Virus record (IMG/VR): IMGVR_UViG_3300025127_000052
Location: 1 to 52,999 of that record
Origin: a virus
Lineage: Duplodnaviria; Caudoviricetes
Length of the DNA: 52,999 nucleotides
Reading direction: 5' to 3' (one strand)
Shown here: piece after piece, positions 1-9,000 of the stretch
Position numbering within the stretch: the first letter of the stretch is position 1
Layout: every line of letters begins with the position of its first letter
Made by a program: the position numbers and the translations under genes
Notes under the pieces: model-generated
What the model saw: only the letters and a program-made list of their open reading frames with translations
The model's database searches: none
What the model was told of the DNA's origin: nothing

Positions 1-469
1 AAAAGTTTTCAGGTTGATAGCTATCAGATACCAACTTAAACAAATTCTTGAGACCCGTCTGGTTCTGTGCCAGCATTACCAAGTGGCGGCGATCGTTTAG
101 AGGATTGCGCTTGAGTTTGCGGTCCTCAGTCTCAACGACCATACCGTATTCTTCTTTCTTTTGTCGCTTTTGATTAGCCTTGTGTTCCTCATACATTTGT
201 CGCCATTTGCGATGGGATTTGATGAAGTAGGATTCACATCCGTAGATCGCTTTAAACTCCTTACCATCTGCTCGCATCTTCTTGAGATGCTCCACCTGAA
301 ACGACAGTCCATTCATGTGCCCGTGGTCAGTGAGGGCGTGGGCGTTCATCCCATTCTCATAGGCGAAGTCCATATGCTCCCCAGGCATCCCCAGTCCGTC
401 AAACGGCGAGAGCCCAGAGTGAGCGTGTAGTCCCACGAATGGGATCTTGCTTTCAATTCGGTTAGTCAT
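1..469 (-). CDS. dnaE: DNA polymerase III alpha subunit (DnaE), N-terminal PHP domain; runs off the left edge
   Basis: Manual translation from ATG at 469: MTNRIESKIPFVGLHAHSGLSPFDGLG...ALTDHGHMNG...IYGCESY...RRHLVMLAQNQTGLKNLFKLVS, matching DnaE PHP motifs LHxHS, TDHG, GxE and HLvLLAxNxxGyxNL. Absent from the ORF track because it has no stop in the window. Confidence 0.9.
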   Translation of the reverse strand, partial: MTNRIESKIPFVGLHAHSGLSPFDGLGMPGEHMDFAYENGMNAHALTDHGHMNGLSFQVEHLKKMRADGKEFKAIYGCESYFIKSHRKWRQMYEEHKANQKRQKKEEYGMVVETEDRKLKRNPLNDRRHLVMLAQNQTGLKNLFKLVSDSYQPENF

Positions 470-482
470 TGACTACCTTTCT

Positions 483-695
483 TTAAATTGCTCGTAGTGA
501 ATATTCGGTAACGACTGATGGTTTGTCTAGATTTGGAAACTGGACTGTGACCTTGGCTCCAAGGTATTTGTGACGGGACATCCGTTTGTAATTAGCAGTG
601 TGGTCAATCTCTGTGATGAGCCCTACACCCTTAGAATACTTGTGGTAAAGGCTATGACTGCGATTGGTGAACTTGACAAGATCTCCGACTTTCAT
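483..695 (-). CDS. small hypothetical protein, MKxGDLV-type (SH3/KOW-like start)
   Basis: 70 aa with SD-like GAGGAGAG upstream; N-terminus resembles those of 47273..47476 and 47473..47670. Confidence 0.6.
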   Translation of the reverse strand: MKVGDLVKFTNRSHSLYHKYSKGVGLITEIDHTANYKRMSRHKYLGAKVTVQFPNLDKPSVVTEYSLRAI

Positions 696-719
696 TTCTC
701 TCTCCTCTTCTATATGTAT

Positions 720-747
720 AGTATAGCGTACTTTTGAAATAGTTCAA
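720..747 (-). promoter_or_regulatory. sigma70-like promoter for the small ORF and dnaE
   Basis: minus strand TTGAAC-N16-TATACT. Confidence 0.55.
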
Positions 748-748
748 G

Positions 749-781
749 AAAAAAATGAGCGGGGCACCATCTCCCCGCTCA
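749..781 (-). terminator. intrinsic terminator
   Basis: TGAGCGGGG-8 nt loop-CCCCGCTCA followed by a T-run on the minus strand. Confidence 0.8.
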
Positions 782-820
782 GCCACCTGCCGTAACAGGG
801 TAATCCATTAGGATATATAG

Positions 821-2074
821 TCAGCGCTGGTCCAATGGGGATAAATAACCTTCGTAATTCCTAGCGGCGGCTTCTAGCGAACTAAGGGAATCGGGAATAT
901 ACGGTTCATGAGACTTGTCCAGCAAGTTTAATATAAGACTGAGGTATGCTTTGATGTTGTCTGAATTATTAATGGAAAACTGTTGTAATGTTTTTTGGCA
1001 TTCCGTATTATAACTTTCTAAATCTGAACGCTCCTCGTGACGAAGGGCGGCATGAATTTGGCGAGCAGCATCAGTAAGACTTGCCCCGTCATAATAGTAT
1101 CCCATTTGAGGTATCATCTTTGAGTTATGGACAACGGGAAGCCCAAGGTGAGCAGCTTCTAAAATAGCATACCCAAGGCCACCTTCAAGGTGATGATGAA
1201 AAGGAACCTGGGCGTGCTCAATCATCGCTGGTAAACTTTGAGGACCCTGACATTTGAGCTTGCCGGCTTTAGCAACAGAAAGATTACTAATATAATCAAC
1301 AAAGTTTTTGTTGTTTTGCAGATGGCGTGAAGTGTTATAGAAATGTGCCCCAGAAAAAGCCTCTGGCTTATCTGACCCAAAAACTAAATCCGTCGCCAAC
1401 ATCGAAAACAAAGGAGCTTTGGTTACTTGGGTGTCAAGCTGCTGGCAGAAAACTTTCTGGTTAGCAGGGGAGCCTTTTCTAAACACAGGAATAGAATCAA
1501 ATTTTGGATGATTTTTAAATGCTGTTTCTAACAAGTCTGGTGCCCAGATAATAGGACAGACGTATGCTCGATGAGCACCGTATCGATACTTAATATAATC
1601 CTTCTGCCAAACGAGATCAGGAAGAACCCAGGCAGCATCCACTCGTAAATCTTCTCTAGGCAAATGGCGGGCGGCTACATTATAGTATCCTTCGGGGGCT
1701 ACGAGGTCTCCGAAGATAGTTGTCTCTGCGTCCGCCATATACCTGTCTTCATTTACCAGGCGTGCCACTTTTACGCCCTTAGATCTGAAGTGTTCTATGT
1801 GCCTAGAGGTAACCATGGAACCAGCAAGCACCAAAATGTCTAGATGATATTCTTCATAAAATTTATCTAGACGATGTACAGTGTTCCCAAACACCTCTAG
1901 GGTCTCAGGGGGATTGTCTCCAGCCAGCACTGGAGGGTAGACAAGTAAGGGGGTAACGGTGGGGACCGCACCTAAAAGTTTGTAAATAAAATACGCATTT
2001 TGTTGAGCTTCTTTATCTAAAAGATTTTCAGCGTTTGGGCTAATAGATACGCCAACTACGATTTTACGACTCAT
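821..2074 (-). CDS. DUF2827-like protein, probable glycosyltransferase-like (GT-B) fold
   Basis: Likely start MSRKIVVGVSI at 2074; QNAYFIYKLL, PIIWAP and YAILEAAHLGLPVVHNS...GYYY resemble DUF2827 and GT-B C-terminal motifs. Confidence 0.6.
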   Translation of the reverse strand: MSRKIVVGVSISPNAENLLDKEAQQNAYFIYKLLGAVPTVTPLLVYPPVLAGDNPPETLEVFGNTVHRLDKFYEEYHLDILVLAGSMVTSRHIEHFRSKGVKVARLVNEDRYMADAETTIFGDLVAPEGYYNVAARHLPREDLRVDAAWVLPDLVWQKDYIKYRYGAHRAYVCPIIWAPDLLETAFKNHPKFDSIPVFRKGSPANQKVFCQQLDTQVTKAPLFSMLATDLVFGSDKPEAFSGAHFYNTSRHLQNNKNFVDYISNLSVAKAGKLKCQGPQSLPAMIEHAQVPFHHHLEGGLGYAILEAAHLGLPVVHNSKMIPQMGYYYDGASLTDAARQIHAALRHEERSDLESYNTECQKTLQQFSINNSDNIKAYLSLILNLLDKSHEPYIPDSLSSLEAAARNYEGYLSPLDQR

Positions 2075-2423
2075 TCCCCTTGTCCTCGTCCTCACGTTTA
2101 TCACCGTAGACATCTTTGGTGCCATCCTGATAGGTGATAATAGTTTGGTTGGCAGGATGGGGCTCAATGTGTACCTTCACAAAGTCGCTCATACTATCAA
2201 AGATAGCAATACCTCCACGAGGTGGTGGGTAAAGCCAATGAACAACACACTGACCTGTCGCCATTACAACACCCTCAATGACAACCCCCTCGCCAGATAC
2301 ACCTGTTTCGTCTTGTTGTCGAAAAACTGTAAAACTTGTAATCCCTCGGGGAGCTAGCTTTGATGGTGGTTTTGGAATTAAGTCATCAGTTACTTCTTCC
2401 ACGACCTTTTCTTCATCGCTCAT
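2064..2423 (-). CDS. hypothetical phage protein
   Basis: Likely start MSDEEK at 2423 after GGAGA; contains DETGVSGEGVVIEGV. Confidence 0.6.
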   Translation of the reverse strand: MSDEEKVVEEVTDDLIPKPPSKLAPRGITSFTVFRQQDETGVSGEGVVIEGVVMATGQCVVHWLYPPPRGGIAIFDSMSDFVKVHIEPHPANQTIITYQDGTKDVYGDKREDEDKGNES

Positions 2424-2712
2424 TTGTATATTCTCCATATGAATCTGCCACTTGCTGTAGCCAAGCACCACTCACAGGACTGATTTCGTCCGCTCGATAA
2501 ACAAGTCGATAATTGTTTTTACCGTTCAACTTATTACGGAAGTCTGATTGGGCTTCATATGTATCGTCTTCAAAGAAATCAATCTCAAAATAAGTCCACC
2601 CATCAGTAGCCTTTGCTTTACGGCGAATTGCGCCAAGCCTCAACAAGTTGTTATGATAGTTCATAACAAGCGAACCTTCGATCATTTCTAGATTTTCTTC
2701 AGGGTACTTCAT
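2413..2712 (-). CDS. hypothetical protein
   Basis: 99 aa, SD-like AAAGGT, tightly packed in the operon. Confidence 0.55.
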   Translation of the reverse strand: MKYPEENLEMIEGSLVMNYHNNLLRLGAIRRKAKATDGWTYFEIDFFEDDTYEAQSDFRNKLNGKNNYRLVYRADEISPVSGAWLQQVADSYGEYTNER

Positions 2713-2723
2713 CGTTTACCTTT

Positions 2724-3221
2724 CTACTCGCCCTGGAGGCGAGCCTGTTCCTCTGTGGAAACCTTGTTGACCTCAATGGGTTGGAACCATGCCACCACAT
2801 CAAAGCGTCGGGTTGAGTAAAATATTCCGTCATAGTCCTCACGGATGTCTTCTAATAGTGTATTCCATTCTGCGCCTTTCCTTAAGCCGTAAACTGGATG
2901 TCTGTTCTTTTCTATGTATCCCTCGGGGTCGTTCTTAAAATCATAGATCCTGCCGGCATCTACCTTGGTAGTAAAAAGTGGAATACCTGCCCTGAAGAAT
3001 GTCTCTCGCTGTTTAGGATCTGTGTAAAAAAACACTCTAGGTGTTTGAGCAACTTCAAATTCGTTGCTAGAGTAATGACTCTTTTTATAATTTGGGTCAA
3101 GCACCAAGGACTCTGATGGATTTTTAGTATAGTGATACAACGTGACCTGTCCATCGTCCACATATTGTCCTAGTTCGGCTTCAGTTAAGAACTTCCGAAA
3201 GTCTTGCTCAAACGAATTCAT
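2724..3221 (-). CDS. putative capsid-internal protein, possibly ADP-ribosyltransferase-like
   Basis: N-terminal FRKFLTE; LYHYT...VFFYT...YDG...WF pattern loosely resembles ART-fold domains. Confidence 0.45.
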   Translation of the reverse strand: MNSFEQDFRKFLTEAELGQYVDDGQVTLYHYTKNPSESLVLDPNYKKSHYSSNEFEVAQTPRVFFYTDPKQRETFFRAGIPLFTTKVDAGRIYDFKNDPEGYIEKNRHPVYGLRKGAEWNTLLEDIREDYDGIFYSTRRFDVVAWFQPIEVNKVSTEEQARLQGE

Positions 3222-3916
3222 AGTTTCTTTTTTAGTTCCCGAAGTCTCAGGCGAGCGATCTGTCGCTGTTGCCAGCGAGACTTTTCAGTTCGCATACCAT
3301 CCAGTGACAACCCTAGTCGGCGATTGATCTCTTGAATAAGTTCTTGATGTTTGACCGCTTGCTTCTCAGTTAATTCAGGCAAGTCATACTCAGAGTCCTG
3401 ACCCTCCTCCATCTCGTACTGCTCATCAAAGAAGGGAATAAAAAATTTACGAGCGGCTGACTGCCTCTCCTGAGAAAAGAAATCTTCTCGTGCTTGAACG
3501 TCATCATCAAACAAAGCCACATCCCTCCTCTGTATTGTATCATCACCTTCGATATATTCAAAGATAAATTTATTATCTTTGTCCTTTTTCCCCCAGATGA
3601 CAGATTCTTGATTAAAGTATTTGCCTGCTTCCACAATATCTTCACGAGTAATATTAGGAATCATGAACGACCGCTCTTTGCTCCCAAAGCTGCCACGAAT
3701 ACGAATAGGTCCATAGCCCCGATCACGCATAAAAATCATCAACTCTTTGTTGAGATCACGGTTCTCCTTCTTGGACAACTTCTGAGCCATTGGATTCTCG
3801 GCGGTCATAAAACCGACCGTATCTACAGAAGCTACTTTACCTAAAAGAATGTTACGGATACGATTGAATCCGGATTCTCTAATCAAAAACTTTCGCCATG
3901 GTTTAAATATATTCAT
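3218..3916 (-). CDS. DUF3293-like protein, putative capsid-internal protein
   Basis: TAENP...EN...ERSF...FNQESVIW; N-terminal WRKFLIRE; ATG at 3916. Confidence 0.55.
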   Translation of the reverse strand: MNIFKPWRKFLIRESGFNRIRNILLGKVASVDTVGFMTAENPMAQKLSKKENRDLNKELMIFMRDRGYGPIRIRGSFGSKERSFMIPNITREDIVEAGKYFNQESVIWGKKDKDNKFIFEYIEGDDTIQRRDVALFDDDVQAREDFFSQERQSAARKFFIPFFDEQYEMEEGQDSEYDLPELTEKQAVKHQELIQEINRRLGLSLDGMRTEKSRWQQRQIARLRLRELKKKL

Positions 3917-3917
3917 A

Positions 3918-4172
3918 TTACTCAGCACAAATTAGGTGATTCTCGCCGATGAAAGTATAAGTCTCCCCTCGGACTGTTACTTTTTCTACTCCAAAAGAAT
4001 GGATTACAACTGTACGACCAGTGTAGTCCTGTGAGCAGTCTGTGGCGCAGGCTAAAACTGTAGCTGCTACAAACTCCTCGACCTTCTCTTCTGTTGGAAC
4101 AAAGAAAGCTCCCTGTTGTGTCTCCTCCTTATTAATCTCTATAAGTAGTCTTCTATTTAAAGGTTTCATCAC
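3918..4172 (-). CDS. groES: GroES-like co-chaperonin (Cpn10)
   Basis: MKPLNRRLLIE...EETQQGAFFVP...ATVLA...GETYTFIGENHLI follows the Cpn10 layout; 84 aa. Confidence 0.8.
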   Translation of the reverse strand: MMKPLNRRLLIEINKEETQQGAFFVPTEEKVEEFVAATVLACATDCSQDYTGRTVVIHSFGVEKVTVRGETYTFIGENHLICAE

Positions 4173-4189
4173 AACTCCTTTCGAGTAGT

Positions 4190-4218
4190 ATTATATTCTA
4201 GTTTTTTAGTTCCGTCAA
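4190..4218 (-). promoter_or_regulatory. near-consensus sigma70 promoter for groES
   Basis: TTGACG-N17-TATAAT, then SD AAAGGAG. Confidence 0.85.
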
Positions 4219-4220
4219 GT

Positions 4221-6092
4221 TTAAGTGATTTCACAAGCACCACCAGCACAAGCTGCTTCACCTTTGAGGTCGGTGTTGTCATCCTCTTCAACAATCTTGG
4301 TGAGGTCAACAGAGGCCAGCTTAGAGAGCATAGCTTCGTAGTGTTCTTTGGTACAATCTTCAAACGGAGCCTGCTGATAAGAGCCTCCATCGTATGGAAG
4401 GACTGACAACCCGTTATAGTGGTTGCGGTTGTCCCACATCCACTCGCCAGCATCGGTCCACTCGTTTTCACGTAGCGAGATAGTTGCTGAGACGTTGTGT
4501 CCGTTCTGTCCAGAGCGTTTGCCAGGGTTGACCCATTCTCTTGTAATTTTCTTTACTCGCCGCAAAAGTTGGAACGCACTTTCATCACGCAAGATAGAAC
4601 CTTCGGGTGCTCGTTGGGGCACAGAGATGACGGCTGTATCGTGTGGGCGGAAATACTCATCCTCAACTAGTTCAGGGTGGTGAATGGCAAGGTGCCAATA
4701 GATGGGCTCATTCTTGCCAACACGGATACGACGAATGTAGTAGTCGTTGTGCCAAGCGTGAATACCACTAGACGTGCCAAGTGCCAAGCTGGTTGTTCCT
4801 GCTGGTTTGACGCAGGTTGTGCGAGCAGCCTTGTTGATGCCGATCAACTGAGCGACACGAGCATTCTCTTCCTTGACGACATTGGCGGCAGCAGTCAAAT
4901 CAATGTCATCTGCTAGCACACGACCTGAAGCGATGCCCGTCATGGATACGCCAACCAAGGCGTCCTTCTCAGTGGTTCTTTGCCAGACTGGTCGGAGATA
5001 ATGAAAATCTGTGTAGCCAGCCTGCAGCGTTCCGATAAAGGAAGCGGCACGTACACGATCTTCCAGATCTTGCTGATCCTTAATGTTGCTGACATTTACT
5101 TCGGTCAGATTACAGAACTGGAATGGTCGGAGTCCGATCTCACAGCAAGGGTTGGTTCCCCAATCCTTATCGTTGGACAGGTAGATGCCAGGCTCGCCAG
5201 CGTTGGATGCCTCGACACGCTTCCATAGATCTAGGAAGAATTCTTTTGTTACTTTGTGCCGTAAAAGTACAGCCGAGTTATTGGCTCGTCCTCGCTGTGG
5301 GTTGGTCTCCCACCAGTTGCCAGACTTGGCAGCAATCATTTCCTTGTCACTTGCGGAGAACAAAGAGATAAGAGCAGCACGACGGATACCACCAGCCAAC
5401 ACAGCATCGGCGATATGACACACGATATCATGGACTTCAATAGCCGACAGCCTATCTCCATCATTCTTTTCTGCGAGCACACCCTCAACCTTGACTAAGC
5501 ATTCCTTGAGGGGCTGGGGTCCTGGGGCTTTGCCGCCAGATGTTACAAGGCGAGCACCTTTAGGGCGAATATCGCTATAATCAAATCGTAGCCGTGAGCC
5601 ACCAAAAAAGTAGCTACGGACGAGATACTTAACGGCGTCTGCCCATCCTTCAATACTGTCATTTACTAGATACCTCCGTGTGCGGTTTGGGTTGGGTTTG
5701 CGAATCTCTGGTAGTTCATCAACATGGTGCTGCTGGACTGAGTATCCGACTCCTGTGCCTCCGAGCAACAAAAACATAATTTCACCGAAAACACGCCAAT
5801 CATCAACTGGAGCATACGCACAATTGAAAACTCGGTTGGGTGAAATCTCGATTGGCTTACCGGCGAATTGCATGGAACGCATTGATGGTAGGACTTTTTT
5901 ATCTAATACCATTTTATAAGTGTTAACTATCTCTCCCTTGAGATTGGGATATTTCTTAACATGCATTTCCATGTTGCGGGTGACAAGTTCATCCCACGTT
6001 TCACGGCGCTGCTTCTCTGGAAGATAGCGAGCATACTTCATGTATACTGTGATATCAGATAGGATTTGAGTTGAGATGTCTGTGTTATTCAT
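4221..6092 (-). CDS. nrdJ: class II (B12-dependent) ribonucleotide reductase
   Basis: VFNCAY, GGTGVG, GGIRRAA, TNPCCEI, VKPAGTTS and C-terminal ACAGGACE; no beta subunit gene adjacent. Confidence 0.9.
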   Translation of the reverse strand: MNNTDISTQILSDITVYMKYARYLPEKQRRETWDELVTRNMEMHVKKYPNLKGEIVNTYKMVLDKKVLPSMRSMQFAGKPIEISPNRVFNCAYAPVDDWRVFGEIMFLLLGGTGVGYSVQQHHVDELPEIRKPNPNRTRRYLVNDSIEGWADAVKYLVRSYFFGGSRLRFDYSDIRPKGARLVTSGGKAPGPQPLKECLVKVEGVLAEKNDGDRLSAIEVHDIVCHIADAVLAGGIRRAALISLFSASDKEMIAAKSGNWWETNPQRGRANNSAVLLRHKVTKEFFLDLWKRVEASNAGEPGIYLSNDKDWGTNPCCEIGLRPFQFCNLTEVNVSNIKDQQDLEDRVRAASFIGTLQAGYTDFHYLRPVWQRTTEKDALVGVSMTGIASGRVLADDIDLTAAANVVKEENARVAQLIGINKAARTTCVKPAGTTSLALGTSSGIHAWHNDYYIRRIRVGKNEPIYWHLAIHHPELVEDEYFRPHDTAVISVPQRAPEGSILRDESAFQLLRRVKKITREWVNPGKRSGQNGHNVSATISLRENEWTDAGEWMWDNRNHYNGLSVLPYDGGSYQQAPFEDCTKEHYEAMLSKLASVDLTKIVEEDDNTDLKGEAACAGGACEIT

Positions 6093-7543
6093 GCGAGTTG
6101 TGTTCCTTCTTGTGTGTTAACGAGACCTAAAGCTTCTTTTTTTGCTTGAGCTTGTTTTTTTCTTTCTTCCTTGAACTGTTTGTATTTTTTCCGCAAGTGT
6201 TCGTCTTGCTCTGCTTTCGTCTTCATGACTACTGCGTCAATGGAGGAGTCCTCGTCGGGTGGAAGAACCCGAAGATGAACTTTTGCTGTGTCAATCTCCA
6301 TCGGGAAAACTATGCCATCAATGCCGTTGCGGTTTTTGGCAACAAACATGCGACCTTTGTTCTCAGTCTTGTCTTCCATCGTGCGAGAGATGGAACAAAT
6401 AAAATCGGCTACAAAGCACTTGTTAAATGCTTCACTGATCGCTTCCATAGTGATAACCTCAGCGTTCAATCCGCTACGGTTTGTCTGGGATGCTGTCCAC
6501 ACTGGGATGTCCCAAGTCTGAGCAATACCTCGCAACTCTTCGTATGTGTTACCAAGACTATGGCGCAATTCCTGAGACTTGAATCCTGTTGCGGTTGGTT
6601 TTAGAAGGTCAGCATAATCTACAATGATCATGTCAGGTTCAATGCCCTTTTGTCTTAACTTTTCTAAATGAATGCCAAGAGTTCGGGTAGAAGCAGACTT
6701 CGTAGGATACTCTTTAATAATAAGCTGACCGGGGATATGCTCAATGACGCCCAGGATAGATTCCTTCATAGACATCAGGTCTTGTAATCTGATTCCTGTG
6801 ATACAAGAGTCGTAACGCTGACCGACTACAGTGTCGGCAAGCTCTAGTGTATAGTGAACCACTGTTTTGCCTTTGACAACTGCCATTGCGCCGAGATGAG
6901 CTAAGGCCATTGACTTGCCAGCACCTGTGGGGGCAACCACGACGCCAAGTTCACGTTTACCTAAGCCGCCCTTGGTAATGTTATCTATTTCATCCCAAGC
7001 AGTTGAGACTGGATTACGCATCTTAAGCTCAAAGCGATCCAACACGTCCTTGTGATAGTCGTGACCGTGATTATTATCAGCACCGAGATTCATGGCGTCG
7101 TTGATAACTTTTTGGATCTGCTCAAAGCTTTGATTCTGAAGAAGACCTACAGACTTAAGGATTGCCTCTTTGAGTTTTTGCTTCTTACAGAAATCTAGAG
7201 ACTTTTCTTTAATGTAATCCTGATCTTCGTCGCCGATAGAATTACTTTTAACCCGTGCCAGAAAGTCAATGACCTGCTTAACAATACTAGTAGAGTAATC
7301 CTCGGTCTGAGTTCGCACAACAGACACCATAGCTTCATAGGTGGGATGTGGATAATCCTTCTTATGCTGGAACATCAGATCAACAAAAACCTGTAAGTAC
7401 TTTAACTCAAGATAACTTGTGTCAAGCACTTCCTCCATCTGATTCGCAAAGTTGCGGTCAAAGAGGATGGTTTTTACTAGTTTTTCTTGGAAGGTTTTCC
7501 CGAACTTGCTGAAAGTTTCTGTTTCAACTTGCTGTTCAGCCAT
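6089..7543 (-). CDS. DnaB-like replicative helicase (T4 gp41-like)
   Basis: Walker A APTGAGKS, YTLEL, IIVDYADL, WTASQTNR and KNRNG. Confidence 0.9.
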   Translation of the reverse strand: MAEQQVETETFSKFGKTFQEKLVKTILFDRNFANQMEEVLDTSYLELKYLQVFVDLMFQHKKDYPHPTYEAMVSVVRTQTEDYSTSIVKQVIDFLARVKSNSIGDEDQDYIKEKSLDFCKKQKLKEAILKSVGLLQNQSFEQIQKVINDAMNLGADNNHGHDYHKDVLDRFELKMRNPVSTAWDEIDNITKGGLGKRELGVVVAPTGAGKSMALAHLGAMAVVKGKTVVHYTLELADTVVGQRYDSCITGIRLQDLMSMKESILGVIEHIPGQLIIKEYPTKSASTRTLGIHLEKLRQKGIEPDMIIVDYADLLKPTATGFKSQELRHSLGNTYEELRGIAQTWDIPVWTASQTNRSGLNAEVITMEAISEAFNKCFVADFICSISRTMEDKTENKGRMFVAKNRNGIDGIVFPMEIDTAKVHLRVLPPDEDSSIDAVVMKTKAEQDEHLRKKYKQFKEERKKQAQAKKEALGLVNTQEGTQLA

Positions 7544-7566
7544 TATATACCTCTTGATCTTTATTC

Positions 7567-7595
7567 ATTATACACAGAAAGATAAAATATGTAAG
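7567..7595 (-). promoter_or_regulatory. sigma70-like promoter upstream of the helicase
   Basis: CTTACA-N17-TATAAT, with TGTG immediately before the -10. Confidence 0.65.
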
Positions 7596-7604
7596 AAATC
7601 CTCA

Positions 7605-8558
7605 TTATTTTTTATGAGAATTCAACATCACCATAAGATCATCTATATTTAGAGTACCAATTCCGTCTTTTAGGAGCATTTTTCTAATTTCTGAGCGATT
7701 GAGATTAACCCCGTCATTCTTAATCGCATATTTGAGCTTGTTCACTCCTTGTGACGATATGGTAGAGGTATATAGCTGCATAATTTCGTAATTTGAAGCG
7801 ATAATTTCTTCACTATCCAGAACATTCTGATAAGCCTTGATTTTAGAATTATTATTTTTTGCGTGCGTCAGAATGTCCTGAAGACCATAGTCTTTATTTT
7901 CTGAAAGGAAGGAAAATCTTTTAGCCACGGTTGCCAAGCCTAGACCTTTAACTCCCTCAAGGTTGTCAGATTTGTCCCCTGTGATAGCACGAGCCCAAGC
8001 AAAGTTACGAGGGTGGATATTATACTGCTCAAGAACACTATTCTTGTTAAGTACCTCTTCATTTTTTCCTGGACGCACCAACACTGTTTTGTCGTCACAA
8101 AGCTGAATGAAGTCTTTATCATTAGAGATAATGAGTTTTTGCCATTCAGCATACTCATTACAATTACAGAGCCAAGCAATAATGTCATCAGCCTCTACGT
8201 TTTCTAGAGACAACTGAAGGATTGGAAGATTATCCAGGTACTCAGTGAGTTTAACCAGTTGGGAATATTTATTCTCCCGCTCTTCCTCTGGCGTGGCAAA
8301 AGTATATTCTCGGTTAAGTCTGGGTGCTTTGCGTCCAAGCTTATAGTTTTTATTCTTCTCCCGACGCTTCTGCGAGCCGCCTGGACCTTCCCAGCAAATA
8401 GCAACCCGGTCAGGCTTGGCTCGTCGGACTTCTTTTTGCAGAGAGCGCATAAAACCAGTTAAACCACCAATGGGGCTACCATTGATATCTAGCTGGGGAG
8501 ACATAACATAATTTCTAATGAACATGTTCTGTCCGTCAATGATAAGTAAACGCTTCAT
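7605..8558 (-). CDS. 5'-3' exonuclease / flap endonuclease (T4 RNase H or PolI N-terminal-like)
   Basis: LLIIDG, YKxGR, EADDII, SNDKD and GDKSDNLEGVKGLG. Confidence 0.9.
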   Translation of the reverse strand: MKRLLIIDGQNMFIRNYVMSPQLDINGSPIGGLTGFMRSLQKEVRRAKPDRVAICWEGPGGSQKRREKNKNYKLGRKAPRLNREYTFATPEEERENKYSQLVKLTEYLDNLPILQLSLENVEADDIIAWLCNCNEYAEWQKLIISNDKDFIQLCDDKTVLVRPGKNEEVLNKNSVLEQYNIHPRNFAWARAITGDKSDNLEGVKGLGLATVAKRFSFLSENKDYGLQDILTHAKNNNSKIKAYQNVLDSEEIIASNYEIMQLYTSTISSQGVNKLKYAIKNDGVNLNRSEIRKMLLKDGIGTLNIDDLMVMLNSHKK

Positions 8559-8986
8559 CTCTTCTCTCCCTCAAACTCTAACACACCAACCCCATTCTCT
8601 GTTGTAAATACTGCTTTCTTGAGTCCGTATTTACTGATGAGTCCTTGGCACATCTCGCAAGGACACGACATCCCTGGCTTTTGATTTCTGCCTTTGCGAG
8701 CCACGTAAATGGTCGCACCTTTTAAATGTTCTTTATTCTTTACCTTGAGAATCGCATCCATCTCAGCGTGAATAGTGCGGGTGAACAATTCACCGTCGTC
8801 ATCAACACCTACAGAATCTGGATGAGTTTTATCTCGGTTCCTGCCAACAGACAGAACCCGACCCGCCTTTACAATAACAGCAGCGTGGCGATGCTGAACT
8901 TCTTGACTGTAGTCTTCTCCGTCGATGCGGCGAAGAGCCAGTCTGAGAAACTTATTGCGGATCTCGTTTGTCGGGTCGGATTCCAT
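8555..8986 (-). CDS. zinc-dependent cytidine/dCMP deaminase-fold protein
   Basis: HAE...PCxxC (HAEMDAI, CPCEMC), HAAVIVK and GATIYVAR. Confidence 0.8.
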   Translation of the reverse strand: MESDPTNEIRNKFLRLALRRIDGEDYSQEVQHRHAAVIVKAGRVLSVGRNRDKTHPDSVGVDDDGELFTRTIHAEMDAILKVKNKEHLKGATIYVARKGRNQKPGMSCPCEMCQGLISKYGLKKAVFTTENGVGVLEFEGEKR

Positions 8987-9000
8987 CGTTGATTCATTCC

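Noticed and set aside
97-430. ORF-track calls 97..312 (-) and 161..430 (+)
   Set aside because: They overlap the real dnaE reading frame
793-804. TAACAGGGTAAT matches 12 of 18 bp of the I-SceI site
   Set aside because: Partial match with no LAGLIDADG gene or rRNA context; probably chance
4169-4471. 100-aa ORF overlapping the RNR 3' end
   Set aside because: Alternative frame running through the groES promoter; no protein-like features
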